A stretch of DNA of 64,000 bases from Paramecium tetraurelia. Lineage: Eukaryota. The translations under genes and the position numbers were made by a program. Under the pieces are notes generated by a model. That model made no database searches and was not told where the DNA came from. It worked only from the letters and a program-made list of their open reading frames with translations. Position 1 is the first letter of the stretch, and each line of letters begins with the position of its first letter. The DNA lies in NCBI GenBank assembly GCA_000165425.1, contig CT868196.1, forward strand, positions 1-64,000. The letters are read 5' to 3'. This document shows positions 1 through 12,077 of the stretch, piece by piece.

Positions 1-575
1 GTCAGGAAAGAAGATCAATACAGTTTGAGTCCTGGAATAAGTTTAGATGACCATTTGCAATATTATTATAAAGAGAATATATATATAGTATCCAAAACCA
101 TTTGCTCGGTATGGGGAAACGTAATCTGAGGCCAACCAGACTATATGATTCGGGAAAATTTTTTTTTTGGATTTTTTTCAGAATCACACAACTTTTTTTT
201 ATAACTACTTCCACGGGTTCAAAATAATAAATAAAATTGCGTGAGGTTAGAGACAATGTTTTCTTGGATTTCCCTCATTAGTCTATAAAAGGCCAACCTA
301 CAGTGGTTCTACCAACCCCTATTCTCAAAACCTTATTTTCTAAACATTCTTATCATCTATTTTTTTTCCAATTATAATTGAGACTAGGTTTTTCTAAATC
401 AGTGTTTGGCGGTTCTTTAGGATTCACTTTGTTTTTTTATGAAATTCATATAGAATTTATCTTTCAAATCTAGTCTGCACTTCATTCACATTGAATATCG
501 TATATAATTTTAATCAAAATTATTCGAATTTGATATAACCATAAAATTATAAAAATATTATTGTTTTTCCTCTTT

Positions 576-1409
576 ATGTCAGTTGAAAACATTTTGGACA
601 TAGTAGAGGGGATATTCTCTTGTTTATTAAACTGTCAGAAAGTTATAAGGTTAGATTACGACATTTCAATTGGAATTGGAATTAGAATAGTTTTCTTTAT
701 TGTTATTTTTTTTACTAGAGATTTACCGGATTAACCTGTTGGTGAGCTGGTAGCACAATTTGTAGGTTGGACTTTTTTCATTATTTTGTCGTAAAGCAAG
801 AGAGCTAGTATTTTATGGAGGGTGAGGCAATAATATATTATAGAGAATATACTTATAAAATAATGGACACCATTTAATTAATAATTGCCATAATATATCT
901 CTTGACATCAATTAAGTCAGAATTGGAATCAGCGCTAATGATTATATTTTTAATCAATTTAATGACTTAACATACTTGAGCTCTTAAAACTGTAGGTGCT
1001 GTGGAGGAAAAGATCAGATTCTAATTCTAACGTTAAGGGAGGATACTACCAAATGTTTTTTGGTTTTCTTATCGGAATTTTAGCTGTGATTATTTTTTTG
1101 ATTGATACTGCCGTTAGATACAAGGATGAACTTTAAGAAGAAGCAACATGGAGAGTAATTTTGTATTTAACAATGATTGGAGAAATCATATGTCTATTAT
1201 TTGCATTAGTCTTACCTTGTGGTAATATATTAACTTGGTCAAATGAAACGCACAAAAAAGTTTTAGGATTTCTTTATGGATTATCTGTTGGATTATTCAG
1301 TGTATTTTATGGATTTTTAACTTCTGTTTGTCTTATTTTATATGCAATTACTTATTGTTGGACTAAACTTGATAGTAGTAACGAAGTGCACCCATAGAAT
1401 GACTAATGA
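576..1409 (+). CDS. Hypothetical multi-pass membrane protein (intron structure uncertain)
   Basis: ATG 576 MSVENILDIVEGIF...; later hydrophobic frame GYYQMFFGFLIGILAVIIFLID...KKVLGFLYGLSVGLFSVFYGFL ending in TGA 1407-1409; middle frame joins not fully resolved. Confidence 0.5.
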
Positions 1410-1606
1410 TATTCATTAATTTGAAAAAATTAAACCTTATAAGAGATTTCTTCCATCATTTAAAACTTCTATTAATTTTTGTATTTTTGAAGACCAAGAT
1501 CATTATTCCTAATCAAATAACAACAATCATTTTCTTTACTTTTTTCATTATTTTTGCTAGAAATTTTACATTTATAATTATCTGTTTTGATCTGGTTATT
1601 CTGCTA

Positions 1607-2458
1607 NNNNNNNNNNNNNNNNNNNNNNNNNNNNNNNNNNNNNNNNNNNNNNNNNNNNNNNNNNNNNNNNNNNNNNNNNNNNNNNNNNNNNNNNNNNNNN
1701 NNNNNNNNNNNNNNNNNNNNNNNNNNNNNNNNNNNNNNNNNNNNNNNNNNNNNNNNNNNNNNNNNNNNNNNNNNNNNNNNNNNNNNNNNNNNNNNNNNNN
1801 NNNNNNNNNNNNNNNNNNNNNNNNNNNNNNNNNNNNNNNNNNNNNNNNNNNNNNNNNNNNNNNNNNNNNNNNNNNNNNNNNNNNNNNNNNNNNNNNNNNN
1901 NNNNNNNNNNNNNNNNNNNNNNNNNNNNNNNNNNNNNNNNNNNNNNNNNNNNNNNNNNNNNNNNNNNNNNNNNNNNNNNNNNNNNNNNNNNNNNNNNNNN
2001 NNNNNNNNNNNNNNNNNNNNNNNNNNNNNNNNNNNNNNNNNNNNNNNNNNNNNNNNNNNNNNNNNNNNNNNNNNNNNNNNNNNNNNNNNNNNNNNNNNNN
2101 NNNNNNNNNNNNNNNNNNNNNNNNNNNNNNNNNNNNNNNNNNNNNNNNNNNNNNNNNNNNNNNNNNNNNNNNNNNNNNNNNNNNNNNNNNNNNNNNNNNN
2201 NNNNNNNNNNNNNNNNNNNNNNNNNNNNNNNNNNNNNNNNNNNNNNNNNNNNNNNNNNNNNNNNNNNNNNNNNNNNNNNNNNNNNNNNNNNNNNNNNNNN
2301 NNNNNNNNNNNNNNNNNNNNNNNNNNNNNNNNNNNNNNNNNNNNNNNNNNNNNNNNNNNNNNNNNNNNNNNNNNNNNNNNNNNNNNNNNNNNNNNNNNNN
2401 NNNNNNNNNNNNNNNNNNNNNNNNNNNNNNNNNNNNNNNNNNNNNNNNNNNNNNNNNN
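1607..2458. other. Assembly gap (852 N)
   Basis: Run of N. Confidence 1.
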
Positions 2459-3244
2459 ATTTATAAATTATTAATTTTTAGAAAAATTTCAATTTTATTA
2501 AAAATAAAGCTTTTACTTTACTGAATAAAAGAGTTAAAATGATAAATATCCACTTCTATCTCTATAAACAGTATTTTTTAAGTTTTCATTTTGAATTATT
2601 GAAATATTTACAACTAAATAGAATATTATTAATTTAGTAATGTTAAAGTTGTTACCGATCATACATCATACTTTCTTCCTTCAGAAAAGAAAGATAATTA
2701 AGATAAGAGTTTTTGGATTCTTACATTTTTGAATATGTTAAAAGCTATATTCCAAAACAAAAATACTTATTATTTCAAATCTCAATTTTATGCAAATTTG
2801 CTTTAATATACATTTTTAAGGATAATTTTAATATCCCATTGACTGATATTTCTTAGAGAAATGGAAGAATTAATTTAATTCATAAATTTAACTTAAATTT
2901 GATTAATAATATTTATATCAGATTAACTATTATAATGAATTTCTGAGTTCATTTAATGTTTTCTCTCTTTCTGATACATAGCTTGCGACTTATCCTTTTT
3001 TTTATTCTATTAATGTTTTCGATCTTTATGAGAAGAGTTGTTGCTCTAATTCAGACACTTAATTCTATATTTGATTAATTTTGAAAACTGTTTCTTCAAA
3101 TGCTTAATGAAGTGTTGCTACGCTTTCTTATAATCCTTTTGTTTCACTTTACAGTTAAGAATTTATTTCTTTAAGATTCTAATTGTACTACATTAATCCA
3201 GTTGTTAAATTAGTACATTAATAGAAGACTCCCATTTGAATCAT
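2459..3244 (-). CDS. Hypothetical coiled-coil protein, 3' end uncertain (towards gap)
   Basis: MIQMGVFYQCTNLTTGLMQYNQNLKEINSQLQSETKGLQESVATLHQAFEETVFKINQIQNQVSELEQQL..., open for about 150 codons in table 6. Confidence 0.5.
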
Positions 3245-3266
3245 TATTTATTTTATATATTAATTT

Positions 3267-4435
3267 ATGCCACCGAAAAAAGAAGAAAGAAGGCCACTTG
3301 AACCAATCTTTTCATAAAGCAACTTTCCTTTCTATTAGTATCAAACATACTAGCAAGACAATCTGGATTAGGTGTCACAATTTTTAACCTACTTCAAACC
3401 AGAACTAACTTAAATGATGAAAAATAACATTCAGGACAATATGCAGATATTATGTTAGTCTATTGGAATCAATCTTCATCCAACATTTGTTAAAGTTATT
3501 CAAAGTTTGGATATCAATGACTTTGATGAAAACAAAAAGTTCAAGAATCCAGAAGAATATGAAAATGATCAAACTTCTTAGGTTGTTTTTTTCAATTCTG
3601 TATTTTATGAGATTAATTTAGGTGAAAGTTGATATAATAACCTTAAAATTACTTGAATTTTGTTTATATTAAGGTGGAATTTAGGCTCTAAAATTTTGCA
3701 ATAATGATTTAGGATAATCTGAATATTCAATTATTTCACAAATAATAAGTAATTCTGAATGTAAAATTAAAAAATTGTATATTGATTGGTAACTAATTTA
3801 ACCATAACTCTTGTAATCAAATTATTTATTAGAGTAATTATATTTGAGATCTTGCTAAATAAGTATTTAATTTTTGGTATTTAGAGTTACCTTTTATCGA
3901 AACATTGTGCTAAAATATGAGGAATCTAAAAGTGTTAGATTTATATGATAATTAATTATCAAAAGAGGGATTAAATCTAATTGGAACATCTCTTAAGGAT
4001 AACACATTTTTAGAATAATTGGGATTAGCAAAGAATTCTATAAACTCATTTGAGCAGTTATCAGAGATTTTGCAAAATGTTGGCAAATTTTTAATGACTT
4101 AAGAAGAATATGATGAATATAGAATAAAAGAAAAAGAAAGGGATTTAGTTATAGAAAGGAATAAGAAAGTAAAAAAGAAAGGAACTGAAGATGTTGTTCC
4201 AGTTTTAGAATCAATTTAGCAACTCGATAATAATTGGTATATTATAAGAAATTAAAAGTTATCATTGTTAAATTTATCTTTAAATTGTATTGATGAGAAT
4301 TCTATTGTGTAAATTGAAAAATTCTTGAACCAAACATTTGAAGGGTTTTAATTAGTGTTAACAAATAATAAATTTGAGGATCAGAAGGCGTTGTAAAGAT
4401 TAAAAAAGAAATACAATAAAAAATTAATGATATGA
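3267..4435 (+). CDS. Leucine-rich repeat protein, LRRC71-like
   Basis: MPPKKEERRPLEP...; RI-type LRRs LDLYDNQLSKEGLNLIGTSLKDNTFLEQLGLAKNSI followed by KFLMTQEEYDEYR and LSLLNLSLNCIDE; tiny introns (e.g. gtattttatgagattaatttag). Confidence 0.7.
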
Positions 4436-4452
4436 TAATTATTGATATTTAT

Positions 4453-7400
4453 TCATTTTATTAATCTAGCTTCTAGCGAATTAAAAATACTTATTAATTA
4501 TACTATATTAAAAGTAATTTCTATATTTTTGGATTTGAAAGTAATTTAAGTTCTATATTTAGCCATTCTTCTTAATTCTAGATATTGATCAATTGGTATG
4601 CTAATCTTGTATAATGATAATTCAATTGGATAAATGGCTTCGATACAAGTTACTAATAAATTCAATAATGAATCCTATAAATACACCAATTAGATATCCC
4701 ATCCGCCATCAGATTATCCGAAAAAATAGAATTTCACATTTTTCAAAATTTTTGGAATTTATCTGTTTTAAAATGTTAATTTGACCAAAGCTTTAGCTTA
4801 AAACATATTTGCTGATGTATAAAACCCATAAGCTTAACCTTTAGCCCTTTCTTATTACTAAACTTCTCCTTCGGCATAAACTTTAATGTTTTATTAAATA
4901 AAATCCTAGTATGATTTAATCGTCTTAATCTCTTTATGTAAATCTGATTTCATTTCACTTCTTGTTAATTCTAATTATCTGATTAGGTCATTATAAGTAA
5001 TTTATAATGCTCTGTGTTAGGATCTTTCATTCATTTAAATTACTGCTTTCTCATAAACTATCTTATATTATTTATGCAATGCTTCTTCTCTTTATAATTT
5101 TTTCTATGCTGCTAAAATTGTCCATGCTTACTTCTAATCTTCAGTCACTTATTATAAAGCTAGTTCTGCATCTTCTGTTTCAGATCTTATAAAGGGATCT
5201 GTTAATTCACTTGGAAAAATTTTTGATAAAAATTGCTCAATTTTTGTTGTTAATCTAGAATTTCTTTTAACCCAGTTTGTTTTTTATAAATCTCTTAAAA
5301 AGTTATACATATTAATTCCTTTTGGAATGGTTGGTATACTACTTAGAATTTCTACTAGCATATCTATATTATCATCTTTTTCTCTATAATAATATCTAAG
5401 CACTCTCATAGTTTTTAATGCTTAGTCTGTTATGAAATTACTGCATCCTGGAGATTCACAATCTAAGACAGTAATATTATTATGGTGACCAGCAGCACAA
5501 CTCCAACCATTTGCAAATAAATTTTATAGGGATTTAAGTTTTTCTGCAGTGATATACTCAGTTGTTAATAAAATTGAACAATCTTCACATTTGTACAATC
5601 CTATGTCATTAGATTTTCGAATCAATTACATAATAGGAGTAGGCATTAGCTTTAAATTTATTTTTCTCTTTAAAATTTCAGTGCTGAACATATTCACTTA
5701 TATTTCCCTAAACTCTAGATGCCTAAAGATGATATAAATTGGATCTTTCATACCTCTTGCAAAAAATTTCGATACTGCTTGCAATCCATTATTTAAAATT
5801 TAGGAACAATAAAAATGTTATAAAAACAAAATATCTTAAATTTCGACTTACATATACCTATCCTTAATTTCAAAACACTCTTAAATTAATTCAATCATAT
5901 TTAAATTTTCCACGCTGAATTAAACAAACCCTTGCAAATCTTGGGCTACATCTTAAATGCCAAGTAAATTTATTTTTGGAAGCATTCTGCTTGATATTAT
6001 TTTATTTAAATTTTAATTATATTTATTTGGCAGCATAACATCCTTTTAAAAGAATCTGTCAATAGTTTAAGCAATTTATCTAAGATTTTGATCGTTATGT
6101 AAAAAAGGCCTAATTTCTTCAGGCATACTTTAAATTTGATCCTAAAATTTCAAAATAAATTCAGTAATCGACCCATAATAAAGATGTAATAAAAATGACC
6201 CAATTTTTTCATCCAATTTGACTTAAAATTTTTGTAATTTCTATTGAACTTTTGATTCTTCTTCTACTACTTCTGTGATTCTAACTAATTCATCTTTTAG
6301 TATTTTCTTTTTCATTATTTGAACTATCTAATTATGCAAGTATTTGATATGCGAAGATATCATTTCATCCCCTTTAATTCTGCATTTCTCCTTTCTTTCT
6401 ACTATTGACTTTATGTAAAAGATTATAAGCTCTGTTAAAACATCATATTTAGCCTAAATTTCCTTACTATTTGCATTTTCTTAATGAAAATTAAAGAAAT
6501 TTTTTAGTTTGTGATCATCCCTCTCTGCTTCTTCAGGTCTTTTTTCAAAATTATGAATCTCTTCTAGTATTTTAGAAAAGGCAAACCCCTTTATTAAAAG
6601 ATTGGCTATCTCATCAAAATATTTAAAGGCATCTTCATCTTTTTATATAAACATATAGTAAATTTGTAAAAAGACAGAAGAACTTTTAAATAATTTCAAT
6701 TCAGATATGTATTCTAGTTAACTGGTTGCGTTGTTAAACTCAATTTCGAATGACTTAATAGCTAACGTTAAAATGATACTTTAGTTTTAAGCTTCCATTA
6801 GATCGTTTTTAAAAATTACTTTAATGAATTTCAATAACTAAAACTTATTTAATTGATTGGCTTGAATTAATTTAATCATGTAACAAGGATGATGATACAT
6901 ACAAGAAAAAATACATTCGTATAACTATATATTCTTAACAATAAATTAAGGCACTGAAAATTTTAAATTTGTAATTTGTCTACTTTAATTTTTGGCAGCT
7001 AATTGCCGAGCTCTGTAATCAATACTCCAACTTAGTTTTGATACAATTTCAGTGTACATTTTTTATAATTCATAGGCTTGAATTGCCGAATCTTTAAAGA
7101 TGAATTATACTTTTTTCTCAATTTCAGCATCTTGTAAATATAAGTTTTCTTATTCGCATTCTTAAGATTATTTGCTTAATCCTTTTTAAAGCGGATCCTA
7201 GACTCTTACTCCTGGTCCTTCCTCGGAGTGAAAACTTTCCTCATCTAGAATTTCTTCATCTTCTATAGAAACATCCAATTATTGATCGCCTCCAGGATTT
7301 TTTTTCTTTGCTTTAGAATTTTTGCCTTTCTTCTTTTCTTTCTTTTTAGGGGCAGCACTTTTATCCTTGTCTTTGTTATTTTTTGCTTACAATTTATTGT

Positions 7401-10400
7401 CTTTACAAACTTCACATTCTATTTTGGTTGGATAAGGAATTATCAATTTCTCCTATCCATCCAACAAACCTATTTCATTAATATGTAATCCTAATCTACC
7501 ACCCATAGTTGCACCCCAAGTATAAGTCTATCCTTGATCGTTTAGAATTAATGCATGGTTAGGACCACAAGCTACAAATTTAATATTTTGTAATTCTACA
7601 GGCATCTGTTTCCCATCTCTAAATAAATTAGCAAATTTTTCATGAAGTCCTCTCTCTTTACCTTCTGGGCCTAAAAATACTAAGTCACTTGATACTGTGA
7701 CTGCCACAGTATGATATTCATGACAAGCAACCAATTTAAATTTTTTACTTGAATGTTCGAGAGTTGAGGAAAAAGCATCAATAAATTAAGCCTGTTGTGC
7801 CTGCTATTATTCAGGATCTTCCGGTTCTTAGCTTTGATGACCTGCATATTTAGCTAAGCCACAAGTCAGCAATTCTTAGTTTGTGGTTATTATACAAGTG
7901 TGATACAAACCACAGGAAACTTAATCAACAAAGGCTTCTCCTGTTATAGATCTTGTACTTGGTTTATCTGGCTAGTAAACAATGTATCTTTCAGGATTTT
8001 TTAATGATTTTAATTGAGCTTTCCATTCTAAAAATTCGCTACTTACTTATTTGTTTGTCTATAAATTAATCTCTTCTTCATCTCTTTGTAATGATATTCC
8101 TAATTAGCCAAATTAATTATTTCCCCAAGCCCATAGTTATTATTTCTGATCGATTGCAAACATAGTTTAATTGCTACAAGCCAAATTTATCATGGATGGG
8201 ATATCATTTATCATTCTAGGTTCCATTATAACATAAAAATTTTTTAGCTCATGGCCAAGTACACCAAATTCTGAAGTTCCAAAACTCCACACCTCACCTT
8301 AATCGGTGAGAAGAGCTGAAAATTTCTCACCTGTAATAGCCATTATGATAACCTTTTATTCAATTGCTCCTTCTAAAAGTATTGGAGTAAAAACGTGGTC
8401 GCTTTGAAAACCCAATCCCAATTAATTATATTAATTTGAGCCCCAACAATATGCATTACCTTTAGCAGTGACAGCAATACAATGATTATATTAACAACTT
8501 ATATATCTAATTATTGTGTTCCTAAAATAAACAATTTCAATTGGTGTGAATGATTACTCAAACAAAATATCAGGTGGATCCTTTTAAGGAATAAATTATT
8601 TGAATTTTTATTTTTTATGTGGGTTTTTACAGAGCATTCCTTTTTAATTCGACCCACAAGCATATAAATGACCTGTATTATCAATGAAGTAAGTGTTTTT
8701 AGTTCCTAAAGTAGCAAACTTATACTTGCATTCATGACTCTGTCCCATAGTAGATTATAAAATTGTTTTCATCAAAGTAGTTTATTCAAAAGTAACTAAT
8801 TTTTCATCTTTCATCATTTACTGTTCCTCTTTTTTTAAATTAAAAAATAATGCTTTTTCGATGCAGGATTTTTCAAGATCTTCCGACTATTCAACTTTTT
8901 AAGGAACACATGTATGTTCCTATCCCTACAATCTCACACCCAATAAGCTATTCTTATTAGATCCCCAAACATAAAGATGACCATTTTCGGATAAAGACAA
9001 AGAATGGCTTGTTCCTGCAGCCACCTAATAAAACGAAGCATCTCTAAAACTTTAACTCATTAATCCCACCCTTTAAGGCAATGTTTAATCTTTATACTAT
9101 TAGGTTGGCATTCCCAATACTGAATCCTTACTGCTCCCCCAAGCATAAACAAACCCTTCATTTGTTATGCACAAGGAATGTATAGTACCCAAAGCAACAT
9201 CCAAAACATAAACATCTTAGAGTATTTCTATTTTTTTTGGCTCCATCTCATCCAATAACATTCCATGACCTAAACGATAATAATCTCCGTTTCCCCAAGT
9301 ATATAACTCTTTATTAGTTGTAATACAAGCAGAGTGTTAGTCTCCGCAATAGAGATATTGGCATTGAATTTTTTTTCTATCAAAAAATGTTAACTGTTTT
9401 GGTAATAGTTAATTTTCTTTATTCCCAATCCCTAGTTAACCTCTATTATTTACTCCCCATCCATAAACCTAATTATTTTTTGCAAGAGCCAAAGAATGGT
9501 ATGCTCCAGCAGCTATTTCATTGAAAAATAATCCAGAAATATCAATCTAGGTTGGTGTCTCTAGATCATCTACTCTACCATTTCCGAGGCATCCTTAACT
9601 TCCCATCCCCCAGATAAACACAGCTCCTTCTTCAGTGAGTGCCATTGTATGATGATGCCCACAAACAATTTTTACAAATTCTTACTTTAATGCAATAGGC
9701 TATATAAAATCTGAATTATTTGGTTCTGCTTGATTTAAATTATATTAAGAATTTTAAACTTACTATGTTCTAGAAGGTTGTTGCATCTATCGGCTTGTGA
9801 AATCCATTTAGGAAGGGTTATTATTATTGAAAATTGTTTACTTATCACTTTCATTTGGAAATTTCGATTTTGGAGCGCCTAATCTACCATTAGCTGGATT
9901 TCCCCATACAATCGCTATATATTCAGGCCTACTTTCTTATGTTAACATTTGATAATAGTAACATATATTTATTTCAGTTTTTCCATCTTTTGATTTTTCC
10001 ATCATGAAAAACTTTTCAAATGCATTTGGTTCATCTTTATTTGCTTCATCCCCAGTTCCTAGTATGGTTTTGACTTCTGATATATTTTAATAACTGATAT
10101 TTTTTAAATGTTTGTCTTATCTATAAAATTGTCGAAATTCTGATAAGTTTAGAATGGTTTTGTTATTTTTGGATTTAAAAAACTCCTTAAAGGGTTAATC
10201 CCATTGTTGTAAAAAGTATTCACTTTATTATTATTATTCTGAATTTTCCTTTAACTTCTTAGCTTGATCTGCAACCATCCCCAATATTGTTTGCACTTGA
10301 CCTTTCTAGTTGGTGATCACACCTTCACATTCTTTATCTAAGCATGATTATAAAATGGCAGCTCCATGATTTAAACCTTATGAGACATGAACTACTCTAT

Positions 10401-10578
10401 AAAATAAATATTAATTAGGTAATCCAAGTTTTGTTGGCAGATGTTTAATATTTTTATTCTTCAGGAAGGTTTTTCCCCAAACATAGAGATCGCCATCTTC
10501 AGAAATAGCCATAGTGGTATTTATTGATGCAGAAATAGTTTTGAGAGCTGGTTTAAAATCATCTGGTTCATCAGCCAT
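4453..10578 (-). CDS. 2041-aa RCC1-repeat protein with C-terminal IQGAP-like RasGAP-related and C-terminal domains
   Basis: 6126 nt, divisible by 3; many RCC1 repeats (CGHHHTMALTEEGAVFIWGMGSQGCLG; AAGTSHSLSLSENGHLYVWGSN; CGPNHALILNDQGQTYTWG); C-terminal half resembles IQGAP motifs (YHHPCYMIKLI; NDQNLRQIAQTI; KNVKFYF...ITFNIVQLISIFN). Confidence 0.8.
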
Positions 10579-10634
10579 ACTTATTTTAACAATTATAAAT
10601 TATAATCTAAGGAATAGTTATTATTTATTTTATA

Positions 10635-11316
10635 TCATCTGTTCATTCTTTGCATTTGTAATAACAGCTAAGGGTTTTTAACTTTAACAACATCATTAAT
10701 CTAAATTATAATCAAACAAAATCTTTACATCCTTTAATTTGTTTTCCATCTATTAGAGCTTTTATTTGACCTTTTAATATTTTTTGGTGATTGCCATACG
10801 AATAGATTCTTCAGGCAATGAGACAAATTAGAATTGGATCAATTCTACATTTTTATATTCAGTGTGTTGTATTATTTCAATCACAGCATCCCCTTCTTAA
10901 GTAATTCTTAAAACTGCACTGTACTTGTTTGGGTCTTTGTGAGCTTTGTCGAGACATTTGACACAGATAGCAGGATAATCAATAAATGAGGCTGTTAATT
11001 GTTACCCTTCTTTGATCTGCTGAAATGTTTCTTCATTTACTCTAATTATTATTCATTAACTCTACTCATGAATAAAATGGAAGAATAGATCATTTTCACA
11101 ACTTAATTCAATTTTCATTTTCTCAAGGGTTTGCTCACTTCCTAAAATCAATACTCTAACATTCAGAGTTTCTTGTGTTTGCTATTATTCTCCATCATCC
11201 ACTACTATCTAACACACTATTTCCTACTCATAAATAAGAGTATATCCTTCAGGATCTGTTTCTTCTTAAGTCTCTTGATAATTTAGTGTTACTTTTGAGG
11301 GTGTATTTTTTAACAT
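10635..11316 (-). CDS. SAS6L: SAS-6-like protein (SAS6L type)
   Basis: KIELSCENDLFFHFIHEVNEETFQQIKEGQQLTASFIDYP...EYKNVELIQF...KVKNPQLLLQMQR; two introns (24, 28 nt) give 209 aa. Confidence 0.85.
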
Positions 11317-11345
11317 TTATTTGAATTTATTTATAATTATTTGAT

Positions 11346-12047
11346 ATGAATTCTGTTTAACATGATACGATCAAAGCCAATTTAGATTATGATGAATAAA
11401 CAATTAAAGAATTGAAAGCACATTTTACTGCTATCATTGATGTGGAAAGAAAAAGATATAATGTTTATAATGAATTGTGTAAGACATTAGAACAAATGTA
11501 AAAGGAGAGAGAAAAGATTTTCAAACTCAAAGAAATTTATATGGAATTAAGTAAAGCATTCTTAAATGTTATTTAAAAATTAAAAAAGGATGATGATCCA
11601 TCCGATTTTGGTTTCTTAAAATTAGTAGAAAAACGAATAATACCTAGTCTTAATGGTCATTTAGAACAAATTAAATAAGTTAGACAGAATCTTTAATAAT
11701 ACATTTTAAAAAATACTTTAGAAAATGAGTGGAATGAAAAGAGAGCTATAGCAAAGTCTAAGAATGATGAAAAATTATAAAAAATTGAAAGGACTCATGA
11801 CGAAGCAAAAAGAGATAAACATTTTGCAACTTCCACATTATCTTAAAATTATTAGACCTATGTGAATGACAAGAATTCAGAAATGAAGTCCATGTTTAAG
11901 CATTTTTTAAATGGACTATTGGACATTTGTGCTACTGGATTGACTGAATATGCTAAAGTAGCCTAAAAAATTCATTATACTTCAGAAAAAAAGGAGACCG
12001 AAGAATTAATTGCTAAAATGTTAGGAAACTAGAAACAAAAAAAGTGA
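11346..12047 (+). CDS. 233-aa all-helical protein, possibly BAR/FAM92(CIBAR)-like
   Basis: Intronless ORF MNSVQHDTIKANLDYDEQ...YQTYVNDKNSEMKSMFKHFLNGLLDICATGLTEY; BAR assignment inferred from size and helical pattern. Confidence 0.6.
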
Positions 12048-12077
12048 TTATTATAAATAATAAATAATTAATTTGTG

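Noticed and set aside
2..540. 84-aa minus-strand ORF and nearby frames
   Set aside because: No recognisable motif and no coherent table-6 model; window edge
1406..2524. Long ORFs of 372 and 295 aa in the track
   Set aside because: Artefacts of translating the N gap
4453..11316. Single giant gene fusing SAS6-like to the RCC1 protein
   Set aside because: SAS6L ends at TGA 10635-10637 and a new ATG starts at 10578 after an AT-rich spacer
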